DNA of 64,000 bases from a virus (taxonomy: Duplodnaviria; Caudoviricetes): positions 8,215-72,214 of IMG/VR virus record IMGVR_UViG_2684623237_000002; one strand, given 5' to 3'. Position numbers and translations under genes: made by a program. A model generated the notes under the pieces. The model searched no databases and was not told the DNA's origin. It saw only the letters and a program-made list of their open reading frames with translations. This document shows positions 1 to 8,814 of the stretch, piece after piece. Position 1 is the first letter of the stretch; the number at the start of each line of letters is the position of its first letter.

Positions 1-27
1 GCGGAATGCATTCTTTTCTTCGGGCAT
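1..27 (-). CDS. 5' end of a gene running off the left edge (MPEEKNAFR...)
   Basis: ATG at 27 preceded by GAGG and a leader similar to those at 3841 and 5430. Confidence 0.55.
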
Positions 28-76
28 AGGGATACCTCGCCCGCCGCTCACCGGCAGGCATGTAGGGGGATTGGGG

Positions 77-310
77 TTAGGGCAGGGATTTGTGAGAAAG
101 CGCATGCGCTAGGTGGCGCGCGTAGGTCGAGACGGCTCGCCAGTAGGCGGCCATCGGGCCTTTGCGGCGCTTCCAGGAATTCTCCGCCTCGGTGTTGGCC
201 TGGTCGCGCAGTTCGCGCATTACGGCTTCAATCCGCGCCCTATCTTCTGCTGGTAGATCCAGAAGGGCGCGGCCAGATGGCAACTTTAAGAGTGGGTTGA
301 TGTAGCCCAT
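77..310 (-). CDS. Phage hypothetical protein
   Basis: 77-aa ORF in the leftward operon, overlapping the upstream HNH gene. Confidence 0.7.
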   Translation of the reverse strand: MGYINPLLKLPSGRALLDLPAEDRARIEAVMRELRDQANTEAENSWKRRKGPMAAYWRAVSTYARHLAHALSHKSLP

Positions 311-669
311 AGGGTCACCTTTTCGAAGTAGAACACCACCGGCGCGCCAGTCTCGGCGATCAGTCCGTAGGACTTGGCTAGGCGGTAGATGGGGTGGTAG
401 CTGTTGAGGGAGTTGATGTGCCCGGCGATCCAGGCCCGCAAGCCCTCCAGCGTCTGCCGGCCCTTGCTGATGTTGCAGGGCGCACAGGCCGGCATCATGT
501 TGTCGAGGTTGTGATTCTCGGCCTGCTCGGCCACGCGCTCATCACTGACCCTGATCACTGGCTCTCGGTGGTCGGCGTGCCACCGGTCACCCAGCAGCAC
601 GCCGCAATAGGCGCAGTGCCCGCCGTATTTCAGGCGCACTTGCTCGCGCTCAGCTTTCTTCAGGCGCAT
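286..669 (-). CDS. HNH endonuclease
   Basis: CAYCG...HADH...NMMPACAPCNISKG zinc-binding HNH signature. Confidence 0.9.
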   Translation of the reverse strand: MRLKKAEREQVRLKYGGHCAYCGVLLGDRWHADHREPVIRVSDERVAEQAENHNLDNMMPACAPCNISKGRQTLEGLRAWIAGHINSLNSYHPIYRLAKSYGLIAETGAPVVFYFEKVTLWATSTHS

Positions 670-800
670 AAGTTTCCTTGCCGCTATAGCGGCTGACTTT
701 GAGGGGGGAGGGGTATTTACCTGACCTGCGTCGAGCTTTCACTTTGGGCAAAGGGCCTGTATATTTTTGAGGGCAAAACGCCATACATAGGGAAAATGAG

Positions 801-1184
801 ATGAGCGAGAAAATTGATGCTGCAGACATACTCAGAGGCATCGAGGGTTTAGCCCAGGCCCGGCTAGCTTATGGGGTAGCTCCTCCGCCTCCGCCACCGC
901 CTATTCCATCGCCTCCAGCAGTAAGAGGGCTTTGGTATAACGAAAAAATTATAAAACTGGATGGTTGGCGCTTTGAGTCGTGTAGGTTTGATAAATGTCG
1001 TCTCATAATTGAAACTCCAAATTTCTCTTTGATTGATTGCTATTTGGATAGCACGAATTTTATTGTTGTTTCTGGGAAGTTAGTTAACGCACTGCAGTTT
1101 ATGGATTTGGGGAATGAGTTTGATGACTCTCCCGAGTACCACCCGATACGTAATCCTAACGGTACCGTTACTATCGGAGCATGA
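801..1184 (+). CDS. Moron gene 1: hypothetical, poly-Pro linker plus LDGxxFxxCxFxxC beta-helix-like segment
   Basis: AT-rich, antisense to the early operon, closely coupled to the next gene. Confidence 0.75.
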   Translation: MSEKIDAADILRGIEGLAQARLAYGVAPPPPPPPIPSPPAVRGLWYNEKIIKLDGWRFESCRFDKCRLIIETPNFSLIDCYLDSTNFIVVSGKLVNALQFMDLGNEFDDSPEYHPIRNPNGTVTIGA

Positions 1185-1185
1185 T

Positions 1186-1767
1186 ATGGAAGTTAAGGCC
1201 AAGGCTGCATTGAGTGTCAGTCCTCGTGGTGGGCAAATAGTTGTATTTACATTGGTTTTCTTTTCTGCTGCATTCTTGTTTGTAGCTATTTGGCTTCACT
1301 CCCAGAATCAAAATTTCATCATTGCTGTCTGCGGGGCGATTGTATTTTTCGCTGCGGGCGGCTTGTTTTGGTGGGTTTCGCATAAAAATGAAGAGTTGAA
1401 GCAGTCTCATCCTTTTAATCTGAATTTGGGAGAGGGTGATAATGGCTTGATTTTAAGTGCGGATGTTCGAGCTTTGCCGCAACTGGAATATGTAAAGGGC
1501 TTGCTATCTCATTACTCCTCCGTATTTCATCGGGAACCGCTACCTATGGCGGACGGAATGATTGGTGAATCTGGTGAACTGATAGAAGGTAGAGTTGAAG
1601 AAGCAAACAACGTCGTACAGAAAGCTAATGAGCAGGCCAGGGCCCAGTGTGATTTATTGATGCAGGAATTATTAATTGGTGCTGAATCAAGATTACACTC
1701 AAAACTTCATGTCGTATCGAATGTACCACCCACGATCGATTTAATAACCCCAGTCTCCAACAGCTAA
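1186..1767 (+). CDS. Moron gene 2: two-TM membrane protein
   Basis: GGAG RBS then ATG 1186; two hydrophobic helices then a soluble domain; AT-rich. Confidence 0.75.
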   Translation: MEVKAKAALSVSPRGGQIVVFTLVFFSAAFLFVAIWLHSQNQNFIIAVCGAIVFFAAGGLFWWVSHKNEELKQSHPFNLNLGEGDNGLILSADVRALPQLEYVKGLLSHYSSVFHREPLPMADGMIGESGELIEGRVEEANNVVQKANEQARAQCDLLMQELLIGAESRLHSKLHVVSNVPPTIDLITPVSNS

Positions 1768-3845
1768 GCGGCTTTGATAACTACAGCCAGCTTTTGCCAT
1801 GGATCGTTGGCCCGAGCTAAGACAGCCATCGGCGGTGGGCTTACGCTGTTGCCGCACATGTGCACCTGTTGTGTCTTGGTGAACGGCTTGCCGTCGGCGC
1901 CGTGGCTGATGATGTAATCAGCGGGGAAGCCCTGAGCCTTGTACAGCTCGGACGGCTTCAGCATCCGCAGGCAGATGTCGACGATTACGTAGGGGGTTCC
2001 CTTGACCATCACGGTGACCATTGCCAGGCGGTCCTTGGTGGTGATCGTCGGCGCCGGCGAATCGCAAGCGCTGATGTTCTCGGTACCGTAGTAGCTGATC
2101 AGGAAAGCGGCTACGCGGAGGGCACCGGCTTCGTGCTCAGGCGATAACGTGAGCGAAACCAGCGAGCTCTTGCCGCCGCCACCGGCAGTAATGGTCGGCG
2201 CCGGTTCTTCCAGGCCCTGACCAATGCTGCCGCCGAATGCTCGCTCCATGAATGCGCTGACCAACCCGTGGTGCTGGCCACCGGCGCTGACGGTGTGCAG
2301 CGGGTCATTGACGTCCCGGGCATCGCAGTTGCCGCGCAAGTGCACCAGGTTCGCCGCCACCAGCTGTTGCTGGCTGCCGGTGTTGGTCACCGTGGTCATC
2401 GGGTCCTCGATGCTCTTGGCGTCGGTGGTGTTGAAGCCACCATTCATCTGGGCCATGAACACCGTGGAGATGCCCATAGCGTGGGCAGCCCCGGCCGGGC
2501 GCTGATAGTTGCCGCCGCTGGTGATGGTCGGCAGTGGCTCGTCCAGCGCCTTTCCCGCGTCATCAAAGCGAAACTTCACCAGATGCGCCGCTGCGATCGC
2601 GCGGTGGTTCTGTGTCGTGACTGTACCTGTCGGCTGGTCGACGCTCACCGGCTTACCGGAATACTCTGGGCCGCCCGCCCCAACCATCAACGGGCTGATC
2701 AGCGTCAGCTCGCCGCGATTCGCGCACGTTACCGTGGGCAGAGGATCAAGCGGGTCATTGATACGATCGCTGCCCTGATGCGTTGCCGGTGCGATGATTG
2801 GGCTCACCACCGAGAAGGCGCCGCCCTTTGGGTAGGAGGTGATGGTGCGCAGCGGCTCGTCTGCCGATTGCACAGTCTCGCCTGACCAGTTGGCAATCGG
2901 CACAATGAACGGCGCCGCGCTATCGATGACGAACTTCTTCATGCCCTTGGCAACACGGCGCAGGGTGGCCGGGGCCAGGTCTTTCTTGCGGCCGAAAATG
3001 CTCTTGCCCAGGTCGGTGAAGTCGATGCAGTCAGCGGCGGTTTTCCACTTTTGCTGACCCTTAACGGGGTTCTTGGCGTGGGTTGGCTCCGGCCACACAA
3101 TCGGCTCGCCGTCGCACCTGGCGATCATGAACAGGCGTTCCCGGCTGGTCGGCGCGCCGAAGTCGCAAGCCTTGATGACTTTCCATTCAACGACGTAACC
3201 CATGCCCTCCAGCAGCGCCACGAAGCGGCGCCAGGTGCGGCCGCGCTGCTTCGGGTCAGGCACCAAGAACTGGTTGGAAACCGGAACCTGTTCGCCTGGC
3301 GCCGCCACTCGGTTGGTAGTCGCGCCCTTTTTGGTTGGGTGCGGAATCTGGTCAAGGGTCACCACGCGGCCGGTGGCCTTGTCGCGCTTGGCGATCAACC
3401 GGCCCCACTGCAGGATCTGTTTCACGTTCTCTAGGCTGATCACCCTGGGCCGCTTCATGCCTGCCCACTTGAGGCCGATCCACGACAGGTTGCGGATCTC
3501 ACGCTTGCGCGGTTGCCCGCCGGCCGCCTGGCTGTGGTGCGTGCAGTCCGGTGACATGTGGAACCAGCCGACGGCCTTGCCGCCACACTCGGTGTCAGGG
3601 TCACCCTCGAACACGTCGGTGGTGAAGTGCTGGGCGCCTGGGTGGTTCATGGTGTGCATGCTGATCGCTTGCGGACTGTGGTTCTTGGCGACGTTCACCG
3701 CGCGGCCCAGGCCGATCTCCAGGCCGGTACCGGCACCACCACCACCGCAGAAGAAGTCGACAACGATCTCATCGTCCTGAGGGTTGAAGCCGAGTCCGTA
3801 TTGGGTTTTGAAATCGAAGGGGTGTTTCTTCTGTTGTGCGGACAT
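1764..3845 (-). CDS. Phage DNA (cytosine-5) methyltransferase with expanded repeat-containing variable region
   Basis: Motif I DFFCGGGG, catalytic SPDC, ENV, RERLF, C-terminal CGNSV. Confidence 0.93.
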   Translation of the reverse strand: MSAQQKKHPFDFKTQYGLGFNPQDDEIVVDFFCGGGGAGTGLEIGLGRAVNVAKNHSPQAISMHTMNHPGAQHFTTDVFEGDPDTECGGKAVGWFHMSPDCTHHSQAAGGQPRKREIRNLSWIGLKWAGMKRPRVISLENVKQILQWGRLIAKRDKATGRVVTLDQIPHPTKKGATTNRVAAPGEQVPVSNQFLVPDPKQRGRTWRRFVALLEGMGYVVEWKVIKACDFGAPTSRERLFMIARCDGEPIVWPEPTHAKNPVKGQQKWKTAADCIDFTDLGKSIFGRKKDLAPATLRRVAKGMKKFVIDSAAPFIVPIANWSGETVQSADEPLRTITSYPKGGAFSVVSPIIAPATHQGSDRINDPLDPLPTVTCANRGELTLISPLMVGAGGPEYSGKPVSVDQPTGTVTTQNHRAIAAAHLVKFRFDDAGKALDEPLPTITSGGNYQRPAGAAHAMGISTVFMAQMNGGFNTTDAKSIEDPMTTVTNTGSQQQLVAANLVHLRGNCDARDVNDPLHTVSAGGQHHGLVSAFMERAFGGSIGQGLEEPAPTITAGGGGKSSLVSLTLSPEHEAGALRVAAFLISYYGTENISACDSPAPTITTKDRLAMVTVMVKGTPYVIVDICLRMLKPSELYKAQGFPADYIISHGADGKPFTKTQQVHMCGNSVSPPPMAVLARANDPWQKLAVVIKAA

Positions 3846-3940
3846 AGGGGATCCTCGCCTAGGTGGCGTGAGTTGATGATTTGAGGTATTCAGAAGGTTG
3901 TGGGCGGCAATGTGCCATCCTTATAAGCAAGGAGTTTTGC

Positions 3941-4237
3941 GTGGAGCAGGTCAGAGCTGCATTTGCTGAGGCAATTTCTGAAGCAATCAGGGAATGCCAC
4001 GAGTTCGGATATCACCCAACTAAATGGGAGGCGATGAACCGCGCCCAGCATCCGGTCGAAGCATCGATCAAACTGGTTCAGTCCCCCGAGTTTCAAGATG
4101 GCTTCAGGAAGCTATTGCGAGAGGGAAGGGAGCACCTGACAGTGGAGGCGATCATGCTCAGACCCGAGTTCGCTTCCCTGTTCAGCAGTCAGCTCCTCCA
4201 AGCCGCTAGGTGGCGATTGCAGTCCGCCCCCCGTTAA
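3941..4237 (+). CDS. Moron hypothetical protein (98 aa)
   Basis: AAGGAG RBS and GTG at 3941; antisense to the flanking operon. Confidence 0.7.
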   Translation: MEQVRAAFAEAISEAIRECHEFGYHPTKWEAMNRAQHPVEASIKLVQSPEFQDGFRKLLREGREHLTVEAIMLRPEFASLFSSQLLQAARWRLQSAPR

Positions 4238-4251
4238 ATCTGGTGATGCAG

Positions 4252-4305
4252 CGCGCCGGCGCTCCATTTGCCGAGGCCGGCGAACAAATCGATTGCTGTT
4301 TTCGT
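4252..4305 (-). pseudogene. Relic N-terminus of a second C5 methyltransferase
   Basis: Translates (ACG)KTAIDLFAGLGKWSAGA = motif I DLFAGxG; start appears mutated and a stop follows shortly. Confidence 0.55.
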
Positions 4306-4352
4306 AGAAGAGTTGCCGCGAGCCCCTCACGAGGCTCGGGCCTTAGATTGAC

Positions 4353-4457
4353 TTACAGGATGCCGAACTTGTATTGGATGAATTTGAGTGCGACAGCACC
4401 CCAGAAAAGGCCGGACGAAAAGGTCTTTAAGAGTTCTTTGTTGCAGTTGCAGCTCAT
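4353..4457 (-). CDS. 34-aa hydrophobic peptide MSCNCNKELLKTFSSGLFWGAVALKFIQYKFGIL (not in ORF track)
   Basis: GAGGG RBS upstream of ATG 4457; stem-loop downstream at 4316-4340. Confidence 0.5.
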   Translation of the reverse strand: MSCNCNKELLKTFSSGLFWGAVALKFIQYKFGIL

Positions 4458-4564
4458 ACGTTGCCCTCACTAGATCAATCACAAGCGGAATGCCTGTTAC
4501 CTAATAGTGGAAAGGCACAGCCCCTTTTTGGCGGTATAGGTGACCAAATCTTGTAAAATAAAGA

Positions 4565-5434
4565 TCAGTCGCCGCAGAAACAGGCAATGGCCTCGTCGTG
4601 GTCGGCGAACATATCGAACTGTCTGTCGGAGTAGTCGAGCATCTGCTGGTAGCTGGGCCGGTCGCTGCGGAAGCGGGCGCCGTCGCCGGTGAACTTCCCG
4701 CCGGAAACAACTGAGCTCTCCATGCGTGCCCACCAATCACCCTTGCGGATCGGTTCATCGCGGTCGCTAGCGATGATTGAATAGACCTGCTTGGCACCTT
4801 TTAGGAAGCAAAGGTCGCAGTTGCCTTCCAGCGTCCTGCCGTTGATCGTCGGCAGCATCAGGTCGAACGGTTGGCCTGCCCAGAAGTCGGTCACGTCTTG
4901 CACGCCGACACCGGCGTCAGCCAGCGGCATAACCATAGTTGCCCATTTGCTTTCGCTGGTGCTTTTGCGGTGGCGGATCTTCACGACACGTCGCGGCTCA
5001 TCAGCACGGATGCCTGTCATCATGTCCACCGGCACTTCCTCGGTCGAAAGGCCCAGGCTGCGCAGGTACTTGTGAATGATGCGGATCTTCAGGTCGATGG
5101 TGCAGAACCTGGTTACAGGGTTGGGCAGGTACTTGCGTTTGCGGATCAGGGCCTCGAACGGCTCGCCCTGTCGGCTTGCAGTGTCGTAATCCACTACTGC
5201 AAATCCCGCGTCATCGTCCCGAAACTCCAGCCAGACAATCGGCACTGCCCAGCGCTCTGCGCATTCCCGGACGAACTCCAGGGTGGCCGGATGCTCCTTC
5301 CCGGTATTGGCGAAGGTGACGACCAGATCGCTCAGGTCTTCGTTGTTGTCCAGCACCTGGCGCAGCATGTAGGCGCTGGTGCGACCGCCGGAAAAGCTGA
5401 CGACCGTCGTCCCGGACAATTTGTAGGGAGACAT
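4565..5434 (-). CDS. PAPS-reductase family (PP-loop) protein
   Basis: VSFSGGRTS PP-loop, ANTGKEH, RFCTIDLK, GIRADE, GNCDLCFLK, C-terminal CFCGD. Confidence 0.88.
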   Translation of the reverse strand: MSPYKLSGTTVVSFSGGRTSAYMLRQVLDNNEDLSDLVVTFANTGKEHPATLEFVRECAERWAVPIVWLEFRDDDAGFAVVDYDTASRQGEPFEALIRKRKYLPNPVTRFCTIDLKIRIIHKYLRSLGLSTEEVPVDMMTGIRADEPRRVVKIRHRKSTSESKWATMVMPLADAGVGVQDVTDFWAGQPFDLMLPTINGRTLEGNCDLCFLKGAKQVYSIIASDRDEPIRKGDWWARMESSVVSGGKFTGDGARFRSDRPSYQQMLDYSDRQFDMFADHDEAIACFCGD

Positions 5435-5517
5435 AGGGGATCCTCGCCGGCTGGCGTGATTCGTTGATATGGGGTATTACGGGTGACCGGCATGGGGCCG
5501 GGTTACGGAGATGCTTA

Positions 5518-5892
5518 ATGGATGCAGCGGTCGCAGGGCTTATTGGTGCCGGGATAGGAGCTGCAAGCTCGGTCTTGACTATTTGGTTCCAGTCTTATTA
5601 CTTGGCGAAGCGAGAGCGGGCTAAAGCGGTTCTGGACTTCTCTATTCGGCATAGAGCCGAGGTAGTGGAAAATGCAGATAAAATTTCCGGCCCGGTAACT
5701 GTACTGCCACTCGCCGTTTACGTGCATTTTCAGCAAGGCATGCTAGATATAGTTGAGTCAGGAAAGGTGACCACAGAAGCTCTAGTTCGGTTAAGGAAGG
5801 ATAACGATGAACTCGTCGAAAAACTTTCTGAGATGGATAGTCCAAAGTCGCCAGATGCAAGGCGAACTTACATTCCAACTGGGGACCGGTAA
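5518..5892 (+). CDS. Moron membrane-anchored hypothetical protein
   Basis: GGAG RBS, N-terminal TM helix, antisense orientation. Confidence 0.7.
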   Translation: MDAAVAGLIGAGIGAASSVLTIWFQSYYLAKRERAKAVLDFSIRHRAEVVENADKISGPVTVLPLAVYVHFQQGMLDIVESGKVTTEALVRLRKDNDELVEKLSEMDSPKSPDARRTYIPTGDR

Positions 5893-6016
5893 TCCTGATT
5901 TTCGTTAGAAACGCCAAGAGTTTCGCGGTTGTTATTGATCTTCAATTTCCGCGACACCTTTCGCCTTTTGTGAGTAGGTGCCGCGCTCCTTTACCGGGTG
6001 CAGCGAGTAGGGTGGG

Positions 6017-6328
6017 TTATGCTTCTTCGGCGTCGAGCCGTGATGCTTGGCGCTGGCCTATGGCGTAAAGTTCTGCCGCCACGTTTTCGTTAACTTCGAT
6101 TTTGTGGCGCGAACGGAGCGCTTCACGTGCGCCATCGCGGCCGAGTGAGTGGACATAGCGCAGGGCGCCGGCCATTACCGAGGCCTGCTCAGTGTCTTCA
6201 GTCCAGGCCATGAGGTCGGCGAGCATCCGCTTTTCGCCTGCCCGCACCCGGTGCCGAAGCTCTTCCTCGCCAAGCTCCTTGCGTTTCGCCGCGCTCTTTG
6301 CAGATCGCGTCTTTTGATCCATGGCCAT
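6017..6328 (-). CDS. Phage hypothetical protein
   Basis: ORF in the leftward operon with GAGG RBS. Confidence 0.7.
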   Translation of the reverse strand: MAMDQKTRSAKSAAKRKELGEEELRHRVRAGEKRMLADLMAWTEDTEQASVMAGALRYVHSLGRDGAREALRSRHKIEVNENVAAELYAIGQRQASRLDAEEA

Positions 6329-6397
6329 GGCCTACCTCTTCTATTCCGCTGGCCGGCAGTGCGAGCCAGGTTTGTCTTTTGCGTTGCTGGATGCGGG

Positions 6398-6868
6398 CTA
6401 TGCGGCGCATGAATCGACCTTCACCTGGTGCCAGGCACCGACTGCTTCGAAGATGCGCGCCGCGTGGGCCTCGTCCAGCGATAGGGTGTCGGGGATGGCG
6501 ATCCAGCCAGAAGCCACCATCTGACTTTGGTTGGCCTCGTCGCGCAGCTTCTTGTAGCAATGCTCGATCACGTCTTCCAGGTGGTCGGAGAGGTAAACGC
6601 CATCGGGCGCCACCTCCACCGACTTGCTGTATCTGTCACCGCGGGCGTCGATGCAGAGGGCGCTGAGGTAGATCGTCCACCGGTGAGGGATGCCGCAGAC
6701 AGCCTGGCCAATCTTCCCTGGAGCGATGTTCTTCAGCGACTTGTAATTGATCATGCCCTGGCGGCCACTGGGGTCGATGTTCACCACTGCGACATGGTTG
6801 GTTGCCAGCAATGATCGGCACGAACGGGCGATGCGTGCCTGAAAATTGTGCGGCTTGCGCTTTTTCAT
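6398..6868 (-). CDS. Phage hypothetical protein
   Basis: Overlaps the upstream gene stop; host-like codon usage. Confidence 0.75.
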   Translation of the reverse strand: MKKRKPHNFQARIARSCRSLLATNHVAVVNIDPSGRQGMINYKSLKNIAPGKIGQAVCGIPHRWTIYLSALCIDARGDRYSKSVEVAPDGVYLSDHLEDVIEHCYKKLRDEANQSQMVASGWIAIPDTLSLDEAHAARIFEAVGAWHQVKVDSCAA

Positions 6869-7107
6869 AAAGCCTCCGCGAGTTTGCGCAGCGCTTCACG
6901 CTCGGCCCGGGTGATGGGCGGCTTGCGGCGCTTGAGGATGGTTGCCGGGTCGATGAATTCCGAACGCTTCGCCGGGTCTGGATTGATCGCCGGGCTATCG
7001 CCGATGGTGAGCTTGCCGCCGGCGGCCAGGTGCCGCCGGACCTGACTGGAAAGCTCCAGCGCTTTCTCGCGCCGAAACTCGATGTCTGATTTCAGGTTAC
7101 TGATCAT
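6865..7107 (-). CDS. Phage hypothetical protein
   Basis: Follows exonuclease; GGAG RBS. Confidence 0.75.
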   Translation of the reverse strand: MISNLKSDIEFRREKALELSSQVRRHLAAGGKLTIGDSPAINPDPAKRSEFIDPATILKRRKPPITRAEREALRKLAEAL

Positions 7108-7109
7108 GA

Positions 7110-7772
7110 TCAGGCTCCTAGGCGACGGGCTTGCGCCCGGGCTTTGTCTGCTACCTCATCAACCATGCGATTGAGCTCCAGGTTGAACTGAACCAGCTCT
7201 TTGTGCAGGTTGGCGATGTAGTCTTCGTCGCGATAAATCGTCTCGATATAGAGCTGACACTCTTCATCTTGGCGGGAATCGAAAGACAGAAAGTCCCACC
7301 ACTTGCGACCTGTAACGAACATGCAGCCCTGAATCTGCGGCATATGCTCTTCGGGCATCCCTTCCAGCCAGGTCCTGACGTGTATCGCCTCGTTGAAGGG
7401 GCACTTCGACTCGGTGCCCCCATCATCGTTGATAAGGCCGTCTGGTGAGCAGCCGAGCCAGTCGTACTTCGGGTGAACGATGAACTCCGACGGCTGGACG
7501 ATGTTGCCGGTCAACATCTCGTAGGCGTCCTGGGCCTTTTGCTCTTCGATGTGGCCCCACTTCATAGAGGCGCTGCTGACATTGTGCTTGGACTTCTTTG
7601 CCAGTCGCTCGAAGCACAGTTCGCGCATGTATGAGGTGCGCGCGCCCATCGGCTCGCGCTTCCCATTTTTATCAGGCTTCCCCCAGGCCATAACGTCTTT
7701 AAAGCGGCTGGCTGTTACGCGACCAGATCGGTCCGCACGCCACTTTTCAGTGCCCTGAAGTTCCGTCCTCAC
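7110..7772 (-). CDS. YqaJ/lambda-exonuclease family recombinase
   Basis: W...R.GRVTAS, WG..EE..A...YE, GCSPDGL, ESKCP, QIQGCM motifs. Confidence 0.92.
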   Translation of the reverse strand: MRTELQGTEKWRADRSGRVTASRFKDVMAWGKPDKNGKREPMGARTSYMRELCFERLAKKSKHNVSSASMKWGHIEEQKAQDAYEMLTGNIVQPSEFIVHPKYDWLGCSPDGLINDDGGTESKCPFNEAIHVRTWLEGMPEEHMPQIQGCMFVTGRKWWDFLSFDSRQDEECQLYIETIYRDEDYIANLHKELVQFNLELNRMVDEVADKARAQARRLGA

Positions 7773-8761
7773 TATGCCGCCTCCTCTGCCTGGGACTGGT
7801 CGCCGTTATGGCCGGTCATATCTGTAAAGTCGGCATCGACGGTCGCCGCCATGGCTTTGAGGGCTTCGTGGCACTCCAGCCCGATTGCTGCACGTTGCTT
7901 TGGCTTGAGACCTGCCCATGCTGCCGCATAGGCCTCGATGTCCTGCTGCTTCGCGACGACCAGTAGGTCTGCGAAAACACCGTCAATTTCTGGTGAGGGG
8001 GATTTGGGGCCAAACGAAACGCCAGCAGCGGCAGCAGTATTTGCAGCATGCTTGGTAGGAGTGATGTCGATCTCGCCACCGTATGAGTCCTCGAATTCGT
8101 CGGGCGTGTAAACGCCGAGGATCACGTCAGGGCAGAAGAGGCGGGCCCATTTTTTTGTCACCAAGTAGGCGATCTGTTGCTTCGGGTCTTCCGCCCAAAG
8201 TGTGGAGTTGCGTGTGCGAACCTGGGTAAGCAGAAGCTCCAAAACCCGCGGCTCATCTTCGCCCTTGAAGGTCGCCCAGACTTTAATGCCGAGCCCTTTC
8301 TCATCATCAAAACTCCAGGCTGGAACGCGGTATTTTTTAAACTCGCCGGTGTCCTCGTCCTTCTTCGTTTTGCTGGTGACTTCGCGCATCTTCCCGATGA
8401 CGTTTTCCCAAGCGCCGAACCATTCAAAATTCAATCGACCTTTGACTGGTGCCTTGGCGGTGATCACTGCATTAACGAGCTGCGCCTCATAGCTCAAAGC
8501 GCCACCGTTGACGATGAACGTCTTCTGCGCGACAGCGAAGGGATTCATCTGCCACTGCATGGCCTGCAGTACTACAGCCATGCAGTCGGCTTGATTGCCC
8601 TTCAGGTGTTTTGGCACTGTGGTAACACCCTTCGACATCATCATCGCCAGGTCGCTCATCGACCTCATGGTGCCTGGGTCGAGTATGAGCGCCGCGGCGT
8701 TGTGCGATGGATCGTGGTACGTGGCGATGCCGGTTTGTGCTTGTGTGTCTGATTCGTTCAT
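7772..8761 (-). CDS. recT: RecT family single-strand annealing protein
   Basis: VPKHLKGNQADC...QWQMNPFAVAQKT...W...PKQQ..Y...WARLFCPDVILGVYTPDE; adjacent to exonuclease. Confidence 0.88.
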   Translation of the reverse strand: MNESDTQAQTGIATYHDPSHNAAALILDPGTMRSMSDLAMMMSKGVTTVPKHLKGNQADCMAVVLQAMQWQMNPFAVAQKTFIVNGGALSYEAQLVNAVITAKAPVKGRLNFEWFGAWENVIGKMREVTSKTKKDEDTGEFKKYRVPAWSFDDEKGLGIKVWATFKGEDEPRVLELLLTQVRTRNSTLWAEDPKQQIAYLVTKKWARLFCPDVILGVYTPDEFEDSYGGEIDITPTKHAANTAAAAGVSFGPKSPSPEIDGVFADLLVVAKQQDIEAYAAAWAGLKPKQRAAIGLECHEALKAMAATVDADFTDMTGHNGDQSQAEEAA

Positions 8762-8814
8762 TGCGCTCTCCCTGGCCGACAAGGAATGTGTCGGCTTTCG
8801 GGTGGAAAGGGTGG

